This document shows positions 23,159 to 32,056 of a DNA stretch of 64,000 bases, in pieces. This stretch comes from Alphaproteobacteria bacterium. GTDB taxonomy: Bacteria > Pseudomonadota > Alphaproteobacteria > UBA9219 > RFNS01. The DNA is taken from NCBI GenBank assembly GCA_049653105.1, contig JBASFQ010000008.1, forward strand, positions 27,957 through 91,956, read 5' to 3'. Numbering within the stretch: position 1 is the stretch's first letter; each line of letters opens with the position of its first letter. The notes beneath the pieces are model-generated. The model saw nothing but the letters and a program-made list of their open reading frames with translations. It searched no databases and had not been told where the DNA came from. A program made the translations under genes and the position numbers.

Positions 23159-23920
23159 TTGGCGATGATCCTCGACTGCCCTTCCTGTACCACACGCTTT
23201 TCAATTCCTGATGATGTTTTCGCCGCCGGTGCCCGAAAGGTGCGATGCGCGAAATGTCAGCATCTTTGGGTCGTGGGCAAAATGGACACACCACCACCGG
23301 CCACGACAGGGTTGGTGGCCGCAACAGGTCGCTTTGCCGATGTTTTGGCTGCGACTGATGCCACGGTTTCATTTGTTGAGCATCCGTCCGATTCTACCCG
23401 GACAATGTGGCAGGAAAGGCTGCGGAGACTGATCGGTCGGCTGATGTTGACGCGGAGGCAGGCAAAATATGTTTCCTTGGTGCTTCTTGCCGGCATACTC
23501 GTGCTTTGCGGCGTGACACGCCATCGTCTGGCTGCGCGTTCGCCCACCATGGCGACAATATATTCTTTCTTCAGTGTGCGTCATGAAACCGCGCAGAATC
23601 ACCTGGATATTCAACTGACACGTGCGGAAAAATGCCTTGTGGCTGGACGCGATATGCTATGCATTGAGGGCGATGTTACCCATAAGGGGAATGAGGCTCT
23701 TGCCGTGCCGTCGATCTATGTCACGGCTCTGAACGTGGATGGTAAAGTGTTTACTGACGCTGACGGCAAGCCTATTCTGAGCTGGACGGTGACACCGGGA
23801 AGGAACAAATTGCTTCCGGGAGAAACGCGCCATTTCGGTCTGACGGAACCTTATCCGGATCAGGCAATAACGGATTTTGATTACGGTTTTGTCGATGACG
23901 CCCACCAATCCAGCCATTAA
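23159..23920 (+). CDS. zinc-ribbon (MJ0042-type) / DUF3426-like membrane protein
   Basis: N-terminal CPSC...CAKC zinc ribbon, a central TM helix, and a C-terminal beta-rich domain. Confidence 0.6.
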   Translation: MAMILDCPSCTTRFSIPDDVFAAGARKVRCAKCQHLWVVGKMDTPPPATTGLVAATGRFADVLAATDATVSFVEHPSDSTRTMWQERLRRLIGRLMLTRRQAKYVSLVLLAGILVLCGVTRHRLAARSPTMATIYSFFSVRHETAQNHLDIQLTRAEKCLVAGRDMLCIEGDVTHKGNEALAVPSIYVTALNVDGKVFTDADGKPILSWTVTPGRNKLLPGETRHFGLTEPYPDQAITDFDYGFVDDAHQSSH

Positions 23921-24302
23921 ATCCAACGGCATCAGCGTTCTGGTCGCGGAAGACAATCCCGCCGTGCGCGAATTTGTGGTTCGGGCACTTGGCAGTGCCG
24001 GGTATCAGGTGACGCAAGTCGCCGATGGCCAACAGGCGCTGGACGTCATGGCCCAGGAAAAATTTGCGGTTTTGGTCACCGATATTGTCATGCCGAACGT
24101 GGATGGGATTGCGCTGGCGCTGAAAGCGGTACGCCTGTTTCCGGAACTGCGGATCGTGATGATCTCCGGTTATGCTCAGGAAAGAATGCGTGCCCACAAT
24201 CTTGATGCCCTGGTGCACCGCGTGATTGCCAAGCCATTTTCGATTGAAGATATCTGTGCTGCCGTTAAGGATGCCCTGGCACTGCCTCCGGGGACAATTT
24301 AA
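23895..24302 (+). CDS. cpdR: single-domain response regulator (CpdR-like receiver)
   Basis: Receiver-domain motifs (VLVAEDNPAVREF, D in VTDIVMP, and K). Start ambiguous (23877 or 23895) and overlaps the upstream gene. Confidence 0.7.
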   Translation: MTPTNPAIKSNGISVLVAEDNPAVREFVVRALGSAGYQVTQVADGQQALDVMAQEKFAVLVTDIVMPNVDGIALALKAVRLFPELRIVMISGYAQERMRAHNLDALVHRVIAKPFSIEDICAAVKDALALPPGTI

Positions 24303-24321
24303 CGGCAACTTCCCCTCGAAT

Positions 24322-24334
24322 ATGCGTAACGCAT
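24322..24334. promoter_or_regulatory. perfect 13-bp palindrome ATGCGTAACGCAT about 80 nt upstream of galU
   Basis: Read directly in the sequence. Candidate regulator-binding site. Confidence 0.3.
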
Positions 24335-24411
24335 TGGCAAAAGTCATAATTTTGCTTCAATCGTTTTGGATTTTGCCTTAGAAGCTCTTTTCTCTCACAG
24401 TCATAGGAATT

Positions 24412-25287
24412 TTGATGTTTAAGCCTGTTCGTAAAGCCGTCTTCCCCGTTGCAGGTCTGGGAACGCGATTTCTCCCGGCGACCAAAGCAATGCCCAAGGA
24501 AATGCTGACGCTGGTGGACAGGCCGTTAATTCAGCATTCGGTCGATGAAGCCCGCGCCGCCGGTATCGAGCAGTTTATTTTTGTCACCAGCCGGGGCAAG
24601 GGGGCGCTGGAAGATCATTTTGATTCCAATAACGATCTGAAGCGTAATCTTGAAGCCAAGAATAAAAAGGCGGAACTGGAATTGTTGAATACGACGGAGA
24701 TTGCCTCCGGCCAATTGCTGTTTACGCGGCAACGGGAACCGCTCGGGCTTGGTCATGCTGTATGGTGTGCGCGGCATCTTGTTGGCGATGAACCCTTTGC
24801 TGTTTTGCTGGCGGATGATGTCGTGCTGGCGGAGCGTCCGTGTCTGAGCCAGATGCTTGATGCTTATAACGAAAAAGGGGGGAATATCGTTGGCGTCGTC
24901 GATGTGCCGCGCGAACATACGAGTCGTTACGGCATTCTGGACGTTGAAAAAGATGATGGCCGTCTGGCAACGGTACGCGGATTGGTGGAAAAACCTGCGC
25001 CAGATAAAGCGCCTTCTACCCTGTCTGTAATCGGGCGCTATATATTACAGCCGGAAGTTTTCACCTACCTTGAAGAAAGACGCGCCGGTACGGGAGGGGA
25101 AATCCAGTTGACCGACAGCATGGCGCGTTTGATAGGGAAGCAACCCTTTCATGGGTTGCGCTTTCATGGCACACGCTATGACTGTGGTGACAAGGTAGGC
25201 TTTATTGAAGCAAACGCGGCCTTTGCCCTGTCGCATCCGGTGATGGGCGCGCAGGTGCGCGCTGCTTTAAAGAAACTTGTCGGGTAA
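24412..25287 (+). CDS. galU: UTP--glucose-1-phosphate uridylyltransferase
   Basis: N-terminal AVFPVAGLGTRFLPATKAMPKEML and the VEKP motif. Confidence 0.85.
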   Translation: MMFKPVRKAVFPVAGLGTRFLPATKAMPKEMLTLVDRPLIQHSVDEARAAGIEQFIFVTSRGKGALEDHFDSNNDLKRNLEAKNKKAELELLNTTEIASGQLLFTRQREPLGLGHAVWCARHLVGDEPFAVLLADDVVLAERPCLSQMLDAYNEKGGNIVGVVDVPREHTSRYGILDVEKDDGRLATVRGLVEKPAPDKAPSTLSVIGRYILQPEVFTYLEERRAGTGGEIQLTDSMARLIGKQPFHGLRFHGTRYDCGDKVGFIEANAAFALSHPVMGAQVRAALKKLVG

Positions 25288-25313
25288 TACGGGCGGGAAT
25301 TCATTCCGGAGTT

Positions 25314-26696
25314 GTGATGCGGGTTATTATCTTAGGAGCTGGTTACGTCGGTTTGGTCAGCGCTGCCTGCTTTGCCGCATTCGGGCATGAGGTCGTGTGC
25401 ATCGATTCCGATGTGGCGCGGATTAAACAATTGTCGCGTGCCGCCATGCCTGTCTATGAACCCGGGTTGGACGACCTGGTTGCGCGTGGCGTCGCGGCAC
25501 GGCGTTTGTCGTTCGCGACTGAATTATCCTCCTACATGAACGATGCCGATGTGGTGATGATCGCGGTTGGTACGCCCAGCCGACGCGGTGACGGTTATGC
25601 CGACCTCGGTTATGTGACGCAGGCGGCAACTGAAATTGCGCCATTGCTGCGCGCGGATCGTTTTATGGTTGTGGTCACCAAGTCCACCGTTCCGGTCGGA
25701 ACCTGCCGCGATGTTGCGCGGACGATCCACCGCTTAAACCCCGCCGCCGATTTTGCTGTCTGCGCTAATCCAGAATTTTTGCGCGAAGGTTCAGCAATCG
25801 ATGATTTCATGCATCCTGATCGTGTGGTCGTCGGTTTCGAAGATAATCGTGCTTTGGATGCCATGCGGACACTTTATCGCCCGCTTTTCCTGACCGAGAC
25901 GCCGATGGTTGCCACCGGACTGGAAACAGCGGAACTGATCAAATATGCCAGCAATGCATTTCTGGCGACGAAAATTACCTTCATCAACGAGATCGCCGAT
26001 TTGTGTGAAAAGGTCGGCGCGCATATTGATGATGTGACACGCGGTATCGGTCTTGATGGCCGGATTGGCCGCGAGTTTCTGCATGTGGGGCCGGGGTTTG
26101 GCGGTTCCTGCTTTCCAAAAGATACACGAGCTTTGATCAAGACAGCACGTGACCATGGCAGCCCGCTCCGGATCGTGGAGAGCGTGGTTGATATTAATGA
26201 AGCGCGCAAGGTAGGCATGGCGCAACGCGTTATCGCCGCGTGCGGCGGCGATTTGCGTGACAAGAAAATCGCCATTCTTGGGGTGACGTTCAAACCCAAC
26301 ACAGACGATATGCGCGCCAGCGTTGCGCTTGATGTCATTCCGGATTTGCAGGATGCGGGGGCAGCTATATATGCCTATGATCCGGCCGGGATGGCTGAGG
26401 CGGCAAAATTGTTGCCGGGAGTCATCTGGGCCACGGATGCCTATGATACCATGCAAGACGCGCATGCGCTGGTTATTTTGACGGAATGGAATGAGTTCCG
26501 GGCGCTGGATCTGATACGGGTACGGCATTTGCTGGCCGAACCAGTTTTGATCGATTTACGCAATATCTATCAGCCCGCACAGATCTATGCTGCCGGGCTG
26601 CAATATTTCTCGGTTGGGCGCGGATCAATATCTGATTACATCGCCGAAGAAGCGCCGCAGATGACAATGGAAGCCGCACGGTCACGTCGCGGCTAA
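25314..26696 (+). CDS. ugd: UDP-glucose 6-dehydrogenase
   Basis: N-terminal Rossmann fold (VIILGAGYVGL) and catalytic Cys (GGSCFPKD). Confidence 0.85.
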   Translation: MMRVIILGAGYVGLVSAACFAAFGHEVVCIDSDVARIKQLSRAAMPVYEPGLDDLVARGVAARRLSFATELSSYMNDADVVMIAVGTPSRRGDGYADLGYVTQAATEIAPLLRADRFMVVVTKSTVPVGTCRDVARTIHRLNPAADFAVCANPEFLREGSAIDDFMHPDRVVVGFEDNRALDAMRTLYRPLFLTETPMVATGLETAELIKYASNAFLATKITFINEIADLCEKVGAHIDDVTRGIGLDGRIGREFLHVGPGFGGSCFPKDTRALIKTARDHGSPLRIVESVVDINEARKVGMAQRVIAACGGDLRDKKIAILGVTFKPNTDDMRASVALDVIPDLQDAGAAIYAYDPAGMAEAAKLLPGVIWATDAYDTMQDAHALVILTEWNEFRALDLIRVRHLLAEPVLIDLRNIYQPAQIYAAGLQYFSVGRGSISDYIAEEAPQMTMEAARSRRG

Positions 26697-26719
26697 CGAC
26701 CCCACGACACCGGTCCGGA

Positions 26720-29218
26720 TCAAACCGCGCGCACCCTGACATAACTTCCCGGCGCATCCTCAATGATTGGCGCTTCGGGGTGGCGGGCAGGGACGTCCTC
26801 ACCCTGATATTGTTTGATCCACTCAGCCCATGCCGTCCACCATGACCCGGTATGTTGCGTCGCTTTCTCAAGCCAGGCATCGGCGCGGGGTGGCAGGGCG
26901 TCGTTGCTCCAATATCCGTATTTGTTGGCTGTCGGCGGGTTGATAACCCCCGCAATATGGCCGGAGCCTGATAGTACGAATTTGACCGGACCGTCATAAA
27001 TCTGGGTCGCGGCATAGGTGGACTTCCACGGCGCAATATGGTCTTCGCGGGTGGAAAGGACGAAGCACGGCGTTTTGACTTTGGCCAGATTGATTGGTTC
27101 GCCTGCCAGTTCAAGGCCATTTGGTTCGATCAATTTGTTTTTGCGATACATGTTCTGCAAATAATAATTGTGCATTGCTGCAGGCATGTTGGTCGCGTCG
27201 GCGTTCCAGTATAACAGGTCGAACGGAAACGGCTCGCGACCCAGTAGATAGTTATTGACCACAAACGACCAGATCAAATCATTGGCGCGTAGCATGTTGA
27301 AGGTACCGGCCATCGTCGCGGCGTCGAGGTAACCTTTTCCCTGCATCTGCGTTTCGATATGCCGCAGATATTCGTCATCAATGAACAGACCCAATTCCCC
27401 CGGTTCACGAAAATCGATCATGGTGACAAGGTAAGTCGCGCTGGCAATTTGTGGAATTTCCACAGGCTTGTCCTGCCGCGCCTTCAGCCAGGCAAGCAGG
27501 CAGGCGAGGAGCGTGCCGCCCAGACAATAGCCGACCACATTGGCGCTCTCGGTGCCGGTGCGCCGCTTGATTTCTTCCAGCGCGGCCAACGGCCCTTCCA
27601 TCATATAAGAACCGAAATTTTTGTCGGCGTGGCGCTTGTCCGGATTGACCCAGGAAATCATAAATACCGTGTGCCCCTGTTCCAGGCAGTGACGCACAAA
27701 GGAATTTTTCTCGCGCAGATCAAGAATGTAATATTTATTGATCCACGGCGGAATGATCAGCAACGGTGCGGCATGAACCGTTTCCGTCAATGGTTCATAT
27801 TGAATAAGCTGCATCATGTCATTCTGGAACACGACCTTACCGGGTGTGGAGGCGATGTTTTTTCCCAGCTCGAACGCCTTGTAATCCGTCATACTAATTT
27901 TCAGCTGGCCTTGCCCGCGTTCCAAATCCTGCAACAGGTTTTGCAGCCCTTTGACAAGATTTTCGCCTCCAGTCTCGGCCGTCAGGCGCAGGACTTCGGG
28001 GTTTGTAAACAGAAAATTGCTTGGCGCCAGCGCATCGATGAATTGACGGGTGTAAAACTCGATTTTCCGCATCGTGCTGGTATCGATGCCCTCAATATCG
28101 CGCACTTCGCGTTGAAGCCATTGTGCGGTCAGCAGGTAGGATTGCTTGATGAAATCGAACAACGTGTTCTGCGACCATGATTCGTCGTTGAAACGGCGGT
28201 CGCTGCTCTGGGGGGCGATGACGGTTTCATAGGACTGGCCGAGGAAACGCCGGGTCGTGTTCTGCCAGAGCTTTAAATAATCCTGCCACAGTCCCAGTTG
28301 AGCATCGACCATGCGTTGCGGATTGGCCAGCATCTGGGTTGTCAATTGCACCAGGCTGCCTCCCATATTAAACGGTGGTGTGCCGGGCAATGGTTCGATG
28401 GGTTTCAGCTTCACGCGCTCCATGAACTCGCGCATCAAAGGCTGGCTTTTTTCCATCAGGTTGAACATGGCCTGACTTAAAGCTATCGGGTTTGGCAGTT
28501 TGACGGGGTCGGCGCTCTCGCTAGTTCTTGCGGTCTTGGCTTTTGGTGTATTCCGCGTAGCCTGAGTCTCTCCCGGTTCTTGTGGCGGCGCCTTTGCAGT
28601 CTTTGTGGCTCGTGGCTTGGCTGCTTTTTTGGGGGCAACTGCCTCGACTTCAGGACTGACCAGGATTTCTGTCTGGGGAATTTCGGCCTCAGCCAGAGGC
28701 GCTTCTGGCTGAGGTTCGGGGGCGCTAAGCGCCGCAATCTCGGACGCCGCCGATTCTTCCAGCATGGGCGCAGGTATATCGATCGCGGGTAATTCGTCCA
28801 CAATCTGCTGCGTTTTTGTGATGGTGTCGGGTTCTGGAACGACGTCGGAAGCCGCATGATCCGACATATGATCTGGCTTTGGTTCTGCCACATCGGCAGG
28901 TTCCGGCGGCGGCGAAAAGGTCGACGCTGCGGCTGGTTCCTCGACAGCCAGAGGGACTTCCGGAAGGGTTGAGACAGGTTGTGTGTCTTCTATTGCCTGT
29001 ATGTAGTCTGGTTGGGAACTGGTGACACCTGGAGCGTTATCCGCCTCCGGTGCGGCAGGGGTCGGAGCAACAGGTGGTTCCGCAACCTGTTGCAGCCAGG
29101 GCGCCGTGAAGGGGGTTTCCGGCGGAGCCGGGCTTGAGCCTGCGGCTGCGCTCTGCTGTTTGGCCATAAAATCGCGGATCATCTGTAACCGCGTGGTCAG
29201 CATATCGGACTCGGTCAT
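26720..29218 (-). CDS. phaC: class I poly(3-hydroxyalkanoate) synthase PhaC with long low-complexity N-terminal extension
   Basis: Core PhaC blocks (NFLFTNPEV, PLLIIPPWINKYYILDL, lipase box GYCLGGT, and a C-terminal His). Start chosen at MTESDM (29218), which has an AGGAAG SD; the track start at 29326 would collide with the divergent gene. Confidence 0.8.
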   Translation of the reverse strand: MTESDMLTTRLQMIRDFMAKQQSAAAGSSPAPPETPFTAPWLQQVAEPPVAPTPAAPEADNAPGVTSSQPDYIQAIEDTQPVSTLPEVPLAVEEPAAASTFSPPPEPADVAEPKPDHMSDHAASDVVPEPDTITKTQQIVDELPAIDIPAPMLEESAASEIAALSAPEPQPEAPLAEAEIPQTEILVSPEVEAVAPKKAAKPRATKTAKAPPQEPGETQATRNTPKAKTARTSESADPVKLPNPIALSQAMFNLMEKSQPLMREFMERVKLKPIEPLPGTPPFNMGGSLVQLTTQMLANPQRMVDAQLGLWQDYLKLWQNTTRRFLGQSYETVIAPQSSDRRFNDESWSQNTLFDFIKQSYLLTAQWLQREVRDIEGIDTSTMRKIEFYTRQFIDALAPSNFLFTNPEVLRLTAETGGENLVKGLQNLLQDLERGQGQLKISMTDYKAFELGKNIASTPGKVVFQNDMMQLIQYEPLTETVHAAPLLIIPPWINKYYILDLREKNSFVRHCLEQGHTVFMISWVNPDKRHADKNFGSYMMEGPLAALEEIKRRTGTESANVVGYCLGGTLLACLLAWLKARQDKPVEIPQIASATYLVTMIDFREPGELGLFIDDEYLRHIETQMQGKGYLDAATMAGTFNMLRANDLIWSFVVNNYLLGREPFPFDLLYWNADATNMPAAMHNYYLQNMYRKNKLIEPNGLELAGEPINLAKVKTPCFVLSTREDHIAPWKSTYAATQIYDGPVKFVLSGSGHIAGVINPPTANKYGYWSNDALPPRADAWLEKATQHTGSWWTAWAEWIKQYQGEDVPARHPEAPIIEDAPGSYVRVRAV

Positions 29219-29318
29219 GGGGGCTTTCTTCCTACCGAAATTCGCGTTACTGTCATCGGGCGTCATAGGCGCAACCTTTGTCACTGGATCAGCAATGCCA
29301 TACGTTAAATTACGCGCA

Positions 29319-29723
29319 ATGACCAATCTTTTTCAATACACTATGCTGCTGGTTGCATGCGTCGCATTATCGGGATGTGCCGAAACAAAGTGGCTCAACA
29401 GTTTGACCGGAGAACCCGATGAAAGCATTGGGCAAAACCGGATGGGTATTCCCCGGATTGATAGCCGTGGCGCGCAGTGGCCGAATCTGTCCACCGTTCC
29501 ACCACGACCGGATAATGTACCACCCTTGTCGGCACGACAGCAGCAAGCCGGGCAGCTTGGACAAGATCGTACGGATGGATTGACATTGTTGCAGACGCGG
29601 AATGTTCCTGGTGAGCCGGGGCAATCTACGGTCGATTTCGCCCCGCCGGCAAGCGTACCCCCGATTGGGGCTCCCACGCCGCTGATTGGTCTGGAACGAG
29701 CGGTCAGGTCGTCTGCCCCTTAG
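29319..29723 (+). CDS. hypothetical lipoprotein (lipobox LSGC), Pro/Gln-rich
   Basis: Inside track ORF 29022..29723. The only part not antisense to phaC begins around MTNLFQYTMLLVACVALSGC. Start uncertain. Confidence 0.4.
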   Translation: MTNLFQYTMLLVACVALSGCAETKWLNSLTGEPDESIGQNRMGIPRIDSRGAQWPNLSTVPPRPDNVPPLSARQQQAGQLGQDRTDGLTLLQTRNVPGEPGQSTVDFAPPASVPPIGAPTPLIGLERAVRSSAP

Positions 29724-29837
29724 GGGCTGAAACCGCAATTTCCCCCTTTTTTCCTTACTTTGTCACAATCCTGATGTGAATTGCCTTTCGCGACAGCGAA
29801 GAGGTCGTTAGAACTGATAAATCTCAAGGTGCTTACA

Positions 29838-31022
29838 ATGGCCAGCGAAGAATTTTACCGCATCAAACGTCTGCCCCCCTATGTCTTTGCCCAGGTCACG
29901 GGCATGAAACAGGCTGCCCGGGCCGCAGGTGCCGATATTATTGATCTTGGCATGGGAAATCCCGATCAGCCGACGCCGCAACATATCGTGGATAAGTTGA
30001 TAGAGACCGTGCGTGACCCAAAAACGCACCGTTATTCGATGTCCAAGGGCATTCCCGGCCTGCGTCGTGCAAACGCTGCGTATTACAAGCGCCGTTTCGG
30101 CGTCGATGTCGATCCAGAAACGGAAACAATCGCGACCCTTGGTTCAAAAGAAGGTTTGGCCAACCTGGCGCAGGCGATTACTTCGCCGGGAGACACGATT
30201 GTTGTGCCCAACCCGTCCTATCCAATCCACCCGTTCGGATTCATCCTGGCGGGCGCGGCCTTGCGGCACATTCCGGTTGGGCCGGGTTACGATTTTCTGG
30301 AATTGCTCAAACGCGCTGTCAGGCACAGCATTCCAAAGCCGCTTTGCGTCATCCTGTCTTACCCGTCCAATCCCACTGCACAGGTTGTCGATCTGGAATT
30401 TTATCGGCAGGTCGTGGAGTATTGTCAGGAACAGCAGGTTTATATTATTTCGGACGTTGCGTATTCCGAGTTGTATTTTGACGATAACCCACCGCCGTCG
30501 ATCCTTCAGGTTCCGGGCGCCAAGGATATTGCGATTGAATTCACCTCGATGAGCAAAACCTTCAATATGCCCGGCTGGCGTATCGGGTTTGCGACCGGAT
30601 CGAAAAAACTAATCTCGGCGCTGACGCGCTTCAAATCCTATGTCGATTATGGGGCTTTTACGCCGATTCAGGTCGCTGCTATCGCCGCCTTGAATGGCCC
30701 GCAGGATTGTGTGGCCGAAATACGCGCGATGTATCAAGCACGGCGGGATGCCCTTATCGAAGGGCTGCAGCAGGCAGGCTGGGATGTGCCGTCGCCGCCG
30801 GCGACGATGTTCTGCTGGGCGCCGATTCCGGAGCCATTCAGGAAGCTCGGCTCTCTGGAATTCGCTAAATTATTGCTTACCGAGGCACAGGTTGCGGTCT
30901 CGCCGGGCGTCGGCTTTGGTGAGTATGGCGATGGTCACGTCCGTATGGCGCTGATCGAAAATCCCCACCGGTTGCGACAGGCTTGCCGCAGCATCAAACA
31001 ATTCCTGCAAGGGAAAGTTTGA
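29838..31022 (+). CDS. class I/II PLP aminotransferase (aspartate/alanine aminotransferase-like)
   Basis: PLP lysine in SMSKTFNMPGWRIG. Conserved linkage to hom, glpX and recJ, as in Rhizobiales. Confidence 0.8.
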   Translation: MASEEFYRIKRLPPYVFAQVTGMKQAARAAGADIIDLGMGNPDQPTPQHIVDKLIETVRDPKTHRYSMSKGIPGLRRANAAYYKRRFGVDVDPETETIATLGSKEGLANLAQAITSPGDTIVVPNPSYPIHPFGFILAGAALRHIPVGPGYDFLELLKRAVRHSIPKPLCVILSYPSNPTAQVVDLEFYRQVVEYCQEQQVYIISDVAYSELYFDDNPPPSILQVPGAKDIAIEFTSMSKTFNMPGWRIGFATGSKKLISALTRFKSYVDYGAFTPIQVAAIAALNGPQDCVAEIRAMYQARRDALIEGLQQAGWDVPSPPATMFCWAPIPEPFRKLGSLEFAKLLLTEAQVAVSPGVGFGEYGDGHVRMALIENPHRLRQACRSIKQFLQGKV

Positions 31023-31027
31023 CAGAC

Positions 31028-32038
31028 ATGGCGGAATTGCGGTTGGGGATAGCGGGATTGGGGGCGGTCGGCCTCGCGACCTTGCGTGCGTTGCAGGAAC
31101 GGCAAGATTTTCTGGCGCGACGTGCGGGGAAAGTTTTGCGGCTGGTTGCGGTTTCCGCGCGTGACCGTGGCCGGGATCGCGGCGTGGATCTTGGTGCATA
31201 TCGCTGGCACGACGATCCTGTCAGTCTGGCTGGAGCCGACGACATCGATGTCGTTATTGAATTGATGGGTGGCACGCATGGTGCCGCACATGCTCTGGTC
31301 ACCGGGGCATTACGGCAGGGAAAGGATGTTGTAACCGCCAATAAGGCCCTGTTGGCCACGCATGGCCGCGACGTGGCCATGCTTGCTGAAAGTACGGGGC
31401 GGCAACTAGCCTTTGAGGCAGCCATCGCCGGTGGCGTACCAATCGTCAAGGTTCTGCGTGAAGCTATGACGGGTAACCGGGTGACCAGAATTCGCGCCAT
31501 TCTCAACGGAACCTGTAACGACATACTATCGCGCATGGCGCGGGAAACCGTGACATTCGATCACGCGCTGCGCGCTGCTCAGGAAGCTGGCTATGCCGAA
31601 GCCGATCCAAGTCAGGATATTGATGGCATCGATCCGGCGCAGAAAATTGCGCTGCTGGCGCTGTTGGCTTTTGGCAAGTCTGTCGATTTCGCGACCATAC
31701 CCTGCACCGGCATTCGCGGCATCACGCAACATGACGTGGCACAGGCGCGGAATGACGGCATGGTGCTCAAGTTGATTGCCACGGCGACGATGGCCGAGGG
31801 CGACATTCGTCTTGGTGTAAAGCCGGAAAAACTGCCGGCGCATGATCTTTTTGCGCAGTTGGACGGCCCAGCGAATGCAATCGAGCTGCATGGCGATCTG
31901 GTTGGGCCGGTGATACTTGTCGGCCCCGGAGCAGGAGGTAATGCGACCGCCTCTGCTGTCATCGCGGATGTAGTGGATATTGCCCGCGGCGGCAGGATTT
32001 TACCTTTTGGCGTACCAGGCGTACAACTTGGGTCGTAA
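31028..32038 (+). CDS. hom: homoserine dehydrogenase (short form, no C-terminal ACT domain)
   Basis: GIAGLGAVG NAD-binding site, VTANKAL, ILNGTCN, and the GPGAGG catalytic-domain end. Protein ends ~20 aa after GPGAGG. Confidence 0.8.
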   Translation: MAELRLGIAGLGAVGLATLRALQERQDFLARRAGKVLRLVAVSARDRGRDRGVDLGAYRWHDDPVSLAGADDIDVVIELMGGTHGAAHALVTGALRQGKDVVTANKALLATHGRDVAMLAESTGRQLAFEAAIAGGVPIVKVLREAMTGNRVTRIRAILNGTCNDILSRMARETVTFDHALRAAQEAGYAEADPSQDIDGIDPAQKIALLALLAFGKSVDFATIPCTGIRGITQHDVAQARNDGMVLKLIATATMAEGDIRLGVKPEKLPAHDLFAQLDGPANAIELHGDLVGPVILVGPGAGGNATASAVIADVVDIARGGRILPFGVPGVQLGS

Positions 32039-32056
32039 CGTTTATTGATAGGATGA

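Noticed and set aside
28483-28893. Arg/Pro-rich 136-aa minus-strand ORF and 28580..28792 + strand ORF within the phaC extension
   Set aside because: Off-frame and antisense readings of the low-complexity Pro/Ala/Glu-coding region of phaC.
29022-29318. 5' part of the 233-aa + strand ORF 29022..29723
   Set aside because: This portion is antisense to the phaC N-terminal region. Only the distal part from about 29319 (lipobox protein) is plausible.
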